DNA of 64,000 nt from Bacteroidota bacterium (lineage in GTDB: Bacteria; Bacteroidota; Bacteroidia; Chitinophagales; Saprospiraceae), in contig JAKQHM010000010.1 in the NCBI GenBank assembly GCA_029572935.1, forward strand, positions 10,218-74,217, given 5' to 3'. The notes under the pieces were generated by a model. It made no database searches and was not told the origin of the DNA. It saw only the letters and a program-made list of their open reading frames with translations. Position numbers and translations under genes: made by a program. Below are positions 11,008 through 19,409 of the stretch, one piece after another (position 1 is the first letter of the stretch; every line of letters begins with the position of its first letter).

Positions 11008-11631
11008 ATGGAAAGCAAGAGCAACATTCCCGCCATCGAAAGCCTCATCTTTGCGGCCCCTCAGGCCATACAAAAGGAGGAGATCAAATACTGTCTCGAA
11101 AACAGTCAGGGGCTCAGCATCAGCATGGAAGACATCCTGGCAGATCTGGAGACCATTAAAACCCGCTACCAGGCTCCGGAATTCGGAATTGAGCTAAAGG
11201 AGGTTGGGGGCGGATATCAGTTTCTGTCCAAACCTGATTATTTCTCACTGATCGCCGATTACATTAAAATCAATGCCCGTAAGAAACTCTCTCGTGCTGC
11301 CATGGAGTCTCTGGCCATTATTGCCTACAAACAACCGATTTCCAAAAGTGAGGTGGAACAGATCAGAGGAGTTAACAGCGACCATTCCATACAGAAGCTG
11401 CTGGACAAGGAATTAATTGAGATCAAAGGACGAAGTGAGGGGCCTGGAAAACCCATACTTCTGGGTACCAGCGACCGCTTCATGGAGTATTTTGGGCTCA
11501 GGAATCTTTCCGACTTGCCCAAACTTAAAGATTTTGCCTCTCCCGATCAGGAAATAGGGGAAGCTCCCCCCATCGAAGAAACCATTGAGATCCGTCAGGT
11601 GTTAGAATCCCAAACCGGAGAAGATGAATAG
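11008..11631 (+). CDS. scpB: Segregation and condensation protein B
   Basis: 207 aa with IESLIFAAPQAI...LAIIAYKQPISKSEVEQIRGVNSDHSIQKLLDKELIEIKGRSEGPGKPILLGTSDRFMEYFGL, i.e. tandem winged helices. Confidence 0.85.
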   Translation: MESKSNIPAIESLIFAAPQAIQKEEIKYCLENSQGLSISMEDILADLETIKTRYQAPEFGIELKEVGGGYQFLSKPDYFSLIADYIKINARKKLSRAAMESLAIIAYKQPISKSEVEQIRGVNSDHSIQKLLDKELIEIKGRSEGPGKPILLGTSDRFMEYFGLRNLSDLPKLKDFASPDQEIGEAPPIEETIEIRQVLESQTGEDE

Positions 11632-12151
11632 CGAAAGTACGCTTATAAACAGGGTGGCCGGCAGTGGATTGGTTACTCTTAAACTGGAAGAATATTTTCC
11701 AAAACAGGAAATTGTCAATTTTGACCTGAAACCCTTCCTTTTTCGGGAATTGATCCTGCGCGAGCTTGATTTCAGACAGGCCATGAAGGACCTGGACTGG
11801 ATGGCTCATCAGCACAAGATCCTGGCTGTACACTGCTCCAACGATGCCATCATCCCCACTTGGGCCTTCATGCTTGTGGCCCAGCATGCCTCCGCGCATG
11901 GGATTCCCGCAGTTTATGGAAATGCAGATGAGGTATTGCGCATTCTGTACCATCAAACACTCAAATCCATGGATTGGACCCGCTTTGAGGGAGCCAAGGT
12001 GGTCATCAAAGGCTGCAGCGACCTGCCAGTACCGCAATCAGCCTATCTACTTGCCACCGAATTGCTTTTGCCCCATGCCGTTTCCATCATGTACGGCGAG
12101 CCGTGTTCAACGGTACCGGTGTATAAAAAGCCAAAAAAATCAATTGAATAA
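11624..12151 (+). CDS. DUF2480 family protein
   Basis: 175 aa, overlapping the scpB end by 8 nt. LINRVAGSGLVTLKLEEYFP...IKGCSDLPVPQSAY...IMYGEPCSTVPVYKK matches my recollection of the Bacteroidota DUF2480 family. Confidence 0.7.
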   Translation: MNSESTLINRVAGSGLVTLKLEEYFPKQEIVNFDLKPFLFRELILRELDFRQAMKDLDWMAHQHKILAVHCSNDAIIPTWAFMLVAQHASAHGIPAVYGNADEVLRILYHQTLKSMDWTRFEGAKVVIKGCSDLPVPQSAYLLATELLLPHAVSIMYGEPCSTVPVYKKPKKSIE

Positions 12152-12299
12152 ATGGTTTTTAGGGCACTTTTGCTTAAAATGGCGTTAAATGGAGCCCCTG
12201 AAGGTCTGTTGAGGAACCCGGATCCGAAATAATCCGTTTTTTTGTTGCGTTAGTCCTTAAGCCAAGGATAAAATCTTAAAACCACCAAATCACAAAAAA

Positions 12300-12824
12300 A
12301 TGAAATACTTGAAATTTTCTTTTATTGCGGTACTGACCCTGATCAGTTTTTCACTGCTTGAAGCCCAGAAATTTGCGCTTGTGGACGTGAACAGAGTCCT
12401 GGAAAGCATGGAGGATTATAAGAAAGCTCAAAATGAATTGGATCGGGTAGCGGCAGTCTGGAAACAAGAGATCGCCGTCGAATACGACAAGATAAAAGCG
12501 CTGTACAATAAATACCAGGCCGAACAAGTCCTGCTGACAGATGAGCAGCGCAAGCAGAAGGAAGAGGAAATCATGGAAAAAGAAAAAGAAGCCCGGAAGA
12601 TGCAAAAAGACAAGTTTGGCGAGGAGGGTGAGCTATTTAAAAAGCGTCAGGACCTGATCAGACCGGTTCAGGACAAGGTTTTTGCCGCCATCCAGGACTA
12701 TTGCCAGGCTCGCAGCCTGGATGCCATGTTCGACACCAGTGGATCTGCAGGACTCATCTATTACAGTAAAGATCTGGACAAGACCGATGACATCATTAAA
12801 AAACTCACCGGTCCGGCCAAATAA
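12300..12824 (+). CDS. OmpH/Skp family periplasmic chaperone
   Basis: 174 aa with a signal peptide and a Lys/Glu/Gln-rich coiled coil. It is the first of a tandem pair upstream of murI, a typical Bacteroidota arrangement. Confidence 0.8.
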   Translation: MKYLKFSFIAVLTLISFSLLEAQKFALVDVNRVLESMEDYKKAQNELDRVAAVWKQEIAVEYDKIKALYNKYQAEQVLLTDEQRKQKEEEIMEKEKEARKMQKDKFGEEGELFKKRQDLIRPVQDKVFAAIQDYCQARSLDAMFDTSGSAGLIYYSKDLDKTDDIIKKLTGPAK

Positions 12825-12850
12825 ACCAATCCCTAAAATACTCCATTCCT

Positions 12851-12858
12851 TATATTTG
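12851..12858 (+). promoter_or_regulatory. -7 promoter box (TATATTTG) upstream of the second ompH-like gene
   Basis: TATATTTG lies 23 nt before the ATG at 12882. Confidence 0.45.
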
Positions 12859-12881
12859 CAGCCTTTTAAAAAAGAAAGTTA

Positions 12882-13394
12882 ATGAAAATCAACGCATTGA
12901 AATTTTTTATTCTTGGAATTTTCACTTTAATCTCTGTGGCCGGACAAGCTCAAAAGTTCGGGTATATCAACAGCCAGGCTTTGCTGTCCGAAATACCGGA
13001 AGTCAAGGCTGCTGACGCCAACCTGCAGGCATTCCAGTCACAATTGGAAAAGAAAGGTCAGCAGATGGTCCAGGAACTGGAAACCAAATACCGCGAACTG
13101 CAAAAGAAAGAGCAGTCCGGAGAGATTTCTCCAAAAGCTCTGGAAGAAGAAGCGCGTAAACTGAAAGAACAGGAAGGACAGCTTGGACAATATGAGCAAG
13201 AGATGCAGAAGCAGCTCGTAGCAAAAAGGCAGGAAGTGCTCCAGCCAATCCTGGATAAGATCAACGACATTATCAAGCAGGTAGCCAAGGAAAACCAGTT
13301 TACATACGTATTTGATGCTTCTTCAGGAGTGATCCTCTTTGCTGACGAATCTCTGGACATAACCAAGATGGTGAAGGCAAAACTTGGAATCTAA
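12882..13394 (+). CDS. OmpH/Skp family periplasmic chaperone
   Basis: 170 aa with a signal peptide (..SVAGQAQKFGYINSQALL) and a coiled-coil body. Confidence 0.8.
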   Translation: MKINALKFFILGIFTLISVAGQAQKFGYINSQALLSEIPEVKAADANLQAFQSQLEKKGQQMVQELETKYRELQKKEQSGEISPKALEEEARKLKEQEGQLGQYEQEMQKQLVAKRQEVLQPILDKINDIIKQVAKENQFTYVFDASSGVILFADESLDITKMVKAKLGI

Positions 13395-14202
13395 ACAAGG
13401 AGACCCCAGACCTGTCGGGATCTTTGATTCCGGCATCGGAGGATTGACTGTCGCTCAGGCTATCCACCGCATATTACCCGGAGAACAATTGATTTATGTA
13501 GGCGATACTGCCCATATGCCTTATGGAGATAAGAGCATCGAACTGATACGTACTTATTCCATCCGGATAGCACAATATCTGATCGACACTCATGACTGCA
13601 AGGCATTGGTTATTGCCTGCAATACAGCATCAGCCGCTGCGTATGAGTATTTGAGAGATCAATTGAAGGGGAAAGTTCCTGTCATCAATGTCATAGATCC
13701 CATGGTGGAATTTCTGGTGGCTTCCCATCAGATCAAACATCCCGGGATCATTGCTACCAAGACCACTATTGGCTCAGGTGTCTATCAGGAAAAACTGAAA
13801 AGAAGAAAACCAGGACTTCAGTTCTCAGCGCTGGCGACCCCTCTGTTGGCACCCATGATCGAGGAAGGTTTTTATAACAATTCTGTGAGCCATGCCATTC
13901 TTCATGAATACCTTGAACAAGCTGAACTTAAAAATATCGACTCACTGGTACTTGCCTGTACCCACTACCCCCTGATCAAAAAGGAAATAGAGGAATACTA
14001 TGGACCAGGAGTCAATATCATTGATTCGGCTATGGTGGTCGCAGAAAAACTGAAGTACCTGCTCACCAAAGAAAATCTGCTCCACCCTTCAGGAAAGAAA
14101 AAAAATGATCAGTTTCTGGTCACGGATTATGCACCCCATTTTGAAAAAACGACCCGCATATTTTATGGGGAAGGCATTCATTTGGAGAAGATCGATTTAT
14201 AG
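13384..14202 (+). CDS. murI: Glutamate racemase
   Basis: 272 aa with VGIFDSGIGGLTV, VIACNTASA and LACTHYP motifs. The only in-frame start before the conserved N-terminus is TTG at 13384, so the start is less certain. Confidence 0.9.
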   Translation: MESKQGDPRPVGIFDSGIGGLTVAQAIHRILPGEQLIYVGDTAHMPYGDKSIELIRTYSIRIAQYLIDTHDCKALVIACNTASAAAYEYLRDQLKGKVPVINVIDPMVEFLVASHQIKHPGIIATKTTIGSGVYQEKLKRRKPGLQFSALATPLLAPMIEEGFYNNSVSHAILHEYLEQAELKNIDSLVLACTHYPLIKKEIEEYYGPGVNIIDSAMVVAEKLKYLLTKENLLHPSGKKKNDQFLVTDYAPHFEKTTRIFYGEGIHLEKIDL

Positions 14203-14365
14203 CTCTTTTTTTGGCACACAGGATCTCAGGATCTTACTGCTTAAACAGATTTGCGTAATCCAATTTCCTCTTTATATAAAGTTGAACAGGTATACATGTT
14301 GAAACAGGTATTTTTCGCCGTCTGACTTTGGACTATTGGACTTTTAATTTTCAGAATCAGATCGG

Positions 14366-17300
14366 CTACTCAACCATCAGTTTTCTTACAAAATTCCCTC
14401 TTGAGTTGGTTACATTCAAAAGATAGATTCCCGGTTTTAATTGAATGTGAAATTTCTGCTCTTTTACAGCTTCGCTTTGCCACAGATGAAGGACTACACC
14501 CTGAAGATCAGAAATAGTTATCCGCTGTCTTTCTTCCATAATGTCTACGTTTTTAAGTACGAAATAAGACCGGGCGGGATTGGGATATATCTCCAATAGT
14601 GGATTCCTTTCATCCCGGATCGCGGTAGCGGAGGTAGTTTTGAAATATTGAGATGAAGACCAACTGCTGATGCTTTTTTCAGAACAAACAACCAGTACCT
14701 GAAATTCATATTCAGTTTCCGGCAAAAGGGAATCCAGCAACAAAAATCTTTTGAATACGGGGTTGGAATTTCTGATACTCCATTCGCCTTTGCCTCTTTC
14801 GCGAAATCTGAACAAATAGGTTTGTTTCAGATCCGAATCACGGTGACTCAATAAAGCGGCATGGGAGCTCACGGAATCCACATTGAGATCCTGAGTAGAA
14901 AGCCCCTGACATCCCACCAAGGTGGTGAAATTCCTGCTGTACGAATAAGGACTTATCTGATTGTCCGGACAGAGCACCCTGATCTGATAGACATATTCCT
15001 CACCTGGTTCCAGATCGGTGAGCCTGAAAAATGCCTGACTACTTGTGTCGGTATCAGTCCAATAATCGTTGCTCGATTTTTTATACCGGATCTGGTAAAG
15101 AGATGCCTGCACAGATATAAAAATATTGACAGCGGTAGCACTCAGTCCCTGTTCATAAATGTACTCGGAAGGTACTTCTGCACACACATCAGGTTGTAAT
15201 GTGGTAAAAGTTTTGGATTCAGAATAGGTACCCGAAAAGCCATTACAACTAACCCTGCTTTGATATTCATAAATCATTCCGCTTTTCAGACCATTCAGCA
15301 ACAAAAAGCTTTCCTGTGTGGAAGGCCCTTCTATCCAAATGGAGGAATTCAATTCGCGGTATCTGAACTGATAGCCATCAGAACCCCTTCTGCTTAATAA
15401 GAGGGCGGACTGAGTCCCAATGTTTCCGGCATAAAAATCAGACAGGTAGGGAGGAGGACAAGCCGTAGCCAAACCCTGGGTGAAAGCCTGTGTCCTGAAT
15501 CTGCTCGTATCGGACCATTCGCTGAAGTTATTGCCACAAAGAACCTTGACCTGAAACTGATAAATACTGGATGGAGTCAAATTGATGAGTTGATAAAATC
15601 CATCTGTCAATGCAGGTGACTCCTGCCAATTGGTTTCGGATGTCTTTTTCACTCTGAATACATAGGCATCAACTCCTCCTCTGCTGCATCCCAGATCGGC
15701 AGTGGTTGAAGTGACCTGGGTGGCTTTTATCTCAGTCCTGAAAACCTTCCTGCAAAACAGGTTTTCGTCCTGGATCGTGCTGGCAAATTCGGATAATGAC
15801 CAATCACTGCTTTGTCCGTCACAAATCGATCTGACCTGAAATTCGTATTCCGTATCAGGCATCAATCCATCTGCAAGTATGAAAGTTTCGCTGCCTCCGG
15901 GAGGACGGATCCAATTGGTATTGCCCGCCCTCCTGAATCGGAATTCATAAATATCTGCTCCAAGATCAGAGGCATGAGCCTTGATGGAATTTAAAGTGAT
16001 TCCAGAAAATCTGGTGATTTTGGAAGCACAGCCAGTAGTAAATGTTTTTATGGCACTCCAATCGCTGAATACTGAGGGTTGCTCGGCACAGCTCACCCTC
16101 AAGCGAAATTCATAATTTGCATTCCTGACCAGCGACTCGATGCTGATCTCATTTTGATTGGTATAAACCTTTCTCCAGTTGGAATTCCCAACTTGTCGAA
16201 ACTGCCATTCCAGTCCGTTTAGTACATTTCCATTGTAATTGAAAGTCGCCGAAGTATTTTCTATATCGCTTACAGTAATTTCATTTTCAGCCGGGCTGCT
16301 GCAGAAGAGGGTGGTAAAATATACAGGTTCTGTAAACTCTGAAACTTCAGTCCCGCAGATAACTTTGACCCTGACCTGATATTCCTCTCCCGTAGACAAG
16401 CTGTCCACCAAATAGCTGTTTTGAGTGAGCTGGTTGGGTATTCGTACCTGTCTGCCATTACTTACCCTGATCAATTCCCAGGTATAGGCATCTCTGTTTT
16501 TTTGGCTGCATTTCAGGAGTGCGGATTGATAGCTGATGTCCTGTACAGAAACAGCATTTGACTTGATTTCACACGATTGATCTGTTTTGAAAAATACGGA
16601 ACCGGACCAATTTCCTGTCACCTGATTGGTACATTCATGTTGCACCTGCATCACATAGTCCGTATTATCCTTGAGCCTGTTTACCTCAAGTTGATTGGCT
16701 CGGGTAAACTCCTCGGTCCAGTTTGATCCGGATGCTTCCCGATATCTGTAAAAATGACCCTCAGTCACTCCGGATGCATGCCCTGAGCGGCAGAAAAACC
16801 GGGCTGTTTTGTCTGTGATCTGGTCTGCACCTATTTCCCCGAAAACAGGTTGGGGGCATTGCACTGGAATGGCATATTCTTTCACATCAGACCATTCCGT
16901 CCATTGACCACCGCATTCGATCCGGCACTGAAATTCATATAAATCCCCTTTATCAACCGGTGTCGGAAAAGTATAGTTATCATTTTGGATCATGCCCGAA
17001 CTGATCCAGTTTGATGTTCCCTTGGCGCGCATCCGGAATTCATATTGTTCAGCATTTCTGGCACAACTCACCCCCATTCGGGTACCCATATTCTGAGAAA
17101 AAATATGAAGATCGCCCGAAGCTGGCTTTCTGCAATGCGTTTTTACCCTGGCAAGCGGAGTATAGGAGGTCCATTCTCCCGATTCACAGCGAGCACGGCA
17201 TTTGAACCAATATTCTGTATTGGGTTTCAGATTTTGAAAACGCAACTCCTGATTCTGATAATTACCGGTCTTAAAAAAACTTCTTCCCTCATCTTCGCTG

Positions 17301-17824
17301 AGCCTTCCCTGCTCTGCATTGGGGTCTCTGTAGAGAAGCTGTTCCGCATCGATATCATCAGGCTGGTTCTCCAGACCTTCACTTCCACAATACGAATTAA
17401 AATTCAGCGTGATCCAATCGCCCCAGTCACTTACTGAGCAGCGTAAGCGAGTTTGCATTTCGTACCTGATCCCACCAAATTTTGGGTCCAGTGTAAAATC
17501 CCCATTAAATATGTGTAAAACTGAGGGTGGAAAAGGCAAAAACGGAACTGATAAATTATTATAACTGCCTGATGCCGATATCCAATTGGAACTCCCGAAC
17601 TCGCGGTATCTCACTTCCGCTTCGTTTGCAAAATCGAGAAGGGGCAGAACCTGGACGCGGTCCCGATCTATGCTCAGTGTAGTGGACTCAGGTCCTATTC
17701 GCAAATTCAAGTTTTCTGGCTTCAGATCATTGCAATCCTGGGAAAACAGAAGAACGCCGCTCACCAAATAAAAAAACAGAACTGGCACTATCCGACCTAA
17801 CTTAAATCTATGGAACATAATCAT
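14366..17824 (-). CDS. Large secreted protein made of tandem Cys-bracketed FN3-like modules, with a T9SS type-A C-terminal sorting domain
   Basis: Start set at ATG 17824 (MIMFHRFKLGRIVPVLFFYLVSGVLLFSQ, a signal peptide). Repeated ~90-aa modules show Y.FR.R....NW ... L.P.T.YEFQVR..C....S.WS....F.T. The last 77 aa (LLEIYPNPARSYFVL...GIYLLNV...KLMVE) are CTD-like. Confidence 0.8.
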   Translation of the reverse strand: MIMFHRFKLGRIVPVLFFYLVSGVLLFSQDCNDLKPENLNLRIGPESTTLSIDRDRVQVLPLLDFANEAEVRYREFGSSNWISASGSYNNLSVPFLPFPPSVLHIFNGDFTLDPKFGGIRYEMQTRLRCSVSDWGDWITLNFNSYCGSEGLENQPDDIDAEQLLYRDPNAEQGRLSEDEGRSFFKTGNYQNQELRFQNLKPNTEYWFKCRARCESGEWTSYTPLARVKTHCRKPASGDLHIFSQNMGTRMGVSCARNAEQYEFRMRAKGTSNWISSGMIQNDNYTFPTPVDKGDLYEFQCRIECGGQWTEWSDVKEYAIPVQCPQPVFGEIGADQITDKTARFFCRSGHASGVTEGHFYRYREASGSNWTEEFTRANQLEVNRLKDNTDYVMQVQHECTNQVTGNWSGSVFFKTDQSCEIKSNAVSVQDISYQSALLKCSQKNRDAYTWELIRVSNGRQVRIPNQLTQNSYLVDSLSTGEEYQVRVKVICGTEVSEFTEPVYFTTLFCSSPAENEITVSDIENTSATFNYNGNVLNGLEWQFRQVGNSNWRKVYTNQNEISIESLVRNANYEFRLRVSCAEQPSVFSDWSAIKTFTTGCASKITRFSGITLNSIKAHASDLGADIYEFRFRRAGNTNWIRPPGGSETFILADGLMPDTEYEFQVRSICDGQSSDWSLSEFASTIQDENLFCRKVFRTEIKATQVTSTTADLGCSRGGVDAYVFRVKKTSETNWQESPALTDGFYQLINLTPSSIYQFQVKVLCGNNFSEWSDTSRFRTQAFTQGLATACPPPYLSDFYAGNIGTQSALLLSRRGSDGYQFRYRELNSSIWIEGPSTQESFLLLNGLKSGMIYEYQSRVSCNGFSGTYSESKTFTTLQPDVCAEVPSEYIYEQGLSATAVNIFISVQASLYQIRYKKSSNDYWTDTDTSSQAFFRLTDLEPGEEYVYQIRVLCPDNQISPYSYSRNFTTLVGCQGLSTQDLNVDSVSSHAALLSHRDSDLKQTYLFRFRERGKGEWSIRNSNPVFKRFLLLDSLLPETEYEFQVLVVCSEKSISSWSSSQYFKTTSATAIRDERNPLLEIYPNPARSYFVLKNVDIMEERQRITISDLQGVVLHLWQSEAVKEQKFHIQLKPGIYLLNVTNSRGNFVRKLMVE
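14640..17734 (-). repeat. Array of about 12-13 diverged protein-level tandem modules (~85-95 aa each)
   Basis: Modules were delimited by eye at the conserved leading Cys. The repeats are diverged at the nucleotide level, with no long exact DNA repeats noticed. Confidence 0.7.
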
Positions 17825-18225
17825 TGTTTCAGGATCAAATTTATCGAAAAAATTTACATCCGCCATTCTTGAAGTGCACTGCAAAATAATTTTCCGGCAG
17901 CGCAGCCCACCAGGTTACTTTTAAAATAAAAAGTTGCTGTATGGTTTTATATCGCCTCATGATCTTCATCAATAAAAAAAACCTGACCTTTCTGACCTTA
18001 CCGGCGCAGGAACCAGTCAGCGTGCCATGGTTATTAATTTATTTCTGGAGGATCAGGATCGTTTTCCGTGCAATATGAAAACGTAAAAGATGTGATAGGA
18101 CCAGCACATCCTGCTTGGAAATCGAAAACGCATTGAGAAGACAGGAAGTTTGAGTTTCGAAGAAAATCAGTAACTCATTGACATGGAAGTTGAAAACCTT
18201 AGATAGCCTAAAATGCTTAAAATCC

Positions 18226-18255
18226 AAAAAAAAATCCCGCCTTTCGGGCAGGATT
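18226..18255 (-). terminator. Intrinsic terminator downstream of tRNA-Phe
   Basis: The minus strand reads AATCCTGCC-CGAAAG-GGCGGGATT (one G-U pair) followed by T9 (plus-strand A run 18226-18234). Confidence 0.7.
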
Positions 18256-18261
18256 CTTTTG

Positions 18262-18334
<73 letters not shown>

Positions 18335-18370
18335 AGCCTGTTTACCTGTGCGCGTGTCGCATAGGGGCTG

Positions 18371-18378
18371 CAAATATA
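18371..18378 (-). promoter_or_regulatory. -7 promoter box (TATATTTG on the minus strand) upstream of tRNA-Phe
   Basis: The plus strand reads CAAATATA at 18371-18378, 36 nt upstream of the mature tRNA 5' end. Confidence 0.45.
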
Positions 18379-18584
18379 TGGGTTTTTGAAAAATGGCTGA
18401 GCTTTTTTCCGTTTTTTTCATTTCGGCCTTAGCAGACAACCAGATTCTAGTTTAAATTATTGATAATCTGTATTTTATAATATATATCCGTCCTTCTAAA
18501 AATGGATCTGTGCCTCAGCCGGATTTTCGCTTTATCTTTACAAGCCATAGCCATACGTTCTACATACAGGTAAATTCCTGCATT

Positions 18585-19409
18585 ATGCCACATCGTTTTA
18601 TTCTTTTGCCCCTGCTGGTCATCACGGGTATCTACTTTTGGATCAGCTACGAAAAAGAAGGTCCGGATCCCTACCTATTGACGGCTCTGGTGATTGCTGC
18701 AGTGGGAATTTTTGTTTTCAAATACCAGATAGATGACTTTTTTTATAAAAGTTTTACCCCTCGTCTGGAAGAAAGAGAAAAGAACTGGCTGCTGATCCAT
18801 TTGCCCTATCTGGCCAGCCTTTCGGTAGAAGAGAGAGAAACATTCTTTACAGCACTTTCAAGGCTTTCACTGACGCATGAATTCATCCCCATGAACATCC
18901 CTACCGTCTATGAAGAAATGAAATGGATGGTCCTGGCTCCGGCCATCAGACTGGGGCTTTCAGAAAATGCAGGGTTGATGAAACTCTATCAAAGAACTGC
19001 CATTTATCCACATCCTTTCATAACGCCCTTACAGGATTACGTGCATGTCTGCGAACACAACCGCGAAGATGGTATACTGGTCTTTTCGGCTGAACAAGTG
19101 AACGCTGCGCATCTCCAACACGAACGATACCTGAACCCTGCTTTATACGAGTGGTGTTTGATTTACCGCGAAGAGATCTTGCATCATGTTCAGGATCCCG
19201 GAGCAGATCCAACCTCCGAAATCTGCGAGAAAGTACTCGGAAAGAAATTGGAAGAAATCGCAAACTGGCTGGGACAGTCGAAACTTTCCTTTGCAGCCTT
19301 GACCCTTTACGCCTGCATCTGCAAACCTTCTGTGATGCAATCCGAGTATCCGGATTTGTTTGAGCAATTTCATGTACCCTATTCTGTCACCCCAAATAAA
19401 AAATCCTGA
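18585..19409 (+). CDS. Membrane-anchored hypothetical protein; soluble domain resembles MtfA/peptidase M90 but lacks the canonical HExxH
   Basis: Start at ATG 18585 (MPHRFILLPLLVITGIYFWISY). A second TM is LLTALVIAAVGIFVF. The segments IYPHPF, GILVFSAEQV and YPDLFEQF are collinear with my recollection of E. coli MtfA. The aligned zinc site reads YEWCL. Confidence 0.45.
   Translation: MPHRFILLPLLVITGIYFWISYEKEGPDPYLLTALVIAAVGIFVFKYQIDDFFYKSFTPRLEEREKNWLLIHLPYLASLSVEERETFFTALSRLSLTHEFIPMNIPTVYEEMKWMVLAPAIRLGLSENAGLMKLYQRTAIYPHPFITPLQDYVHVCEHNREDGILVFSAEQVNAAHLQHERYLNPALYEWCLIYREEILHHVQDPGADPTSEICEKVLGKKLEEIANWLGQSKLSFAALTLYACICKPSVMQSEYPDLFEQFHVPYSVTPNKKS

Noticed and set aside
12162-12173. 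Sigma-54 promoter-like string GGGCAC-TTTTGC upstream of the first ompH-like gene, and other TGGCAC occurrences (e.g. near 14213, 17783, 24601, 27765)
   Set aside because: The spacing between the GG and GC elements is wrong (9 instead of 12 nt from G to G), or the -12 TTGC is absent. None qualifies as a -24/-12 promoter.
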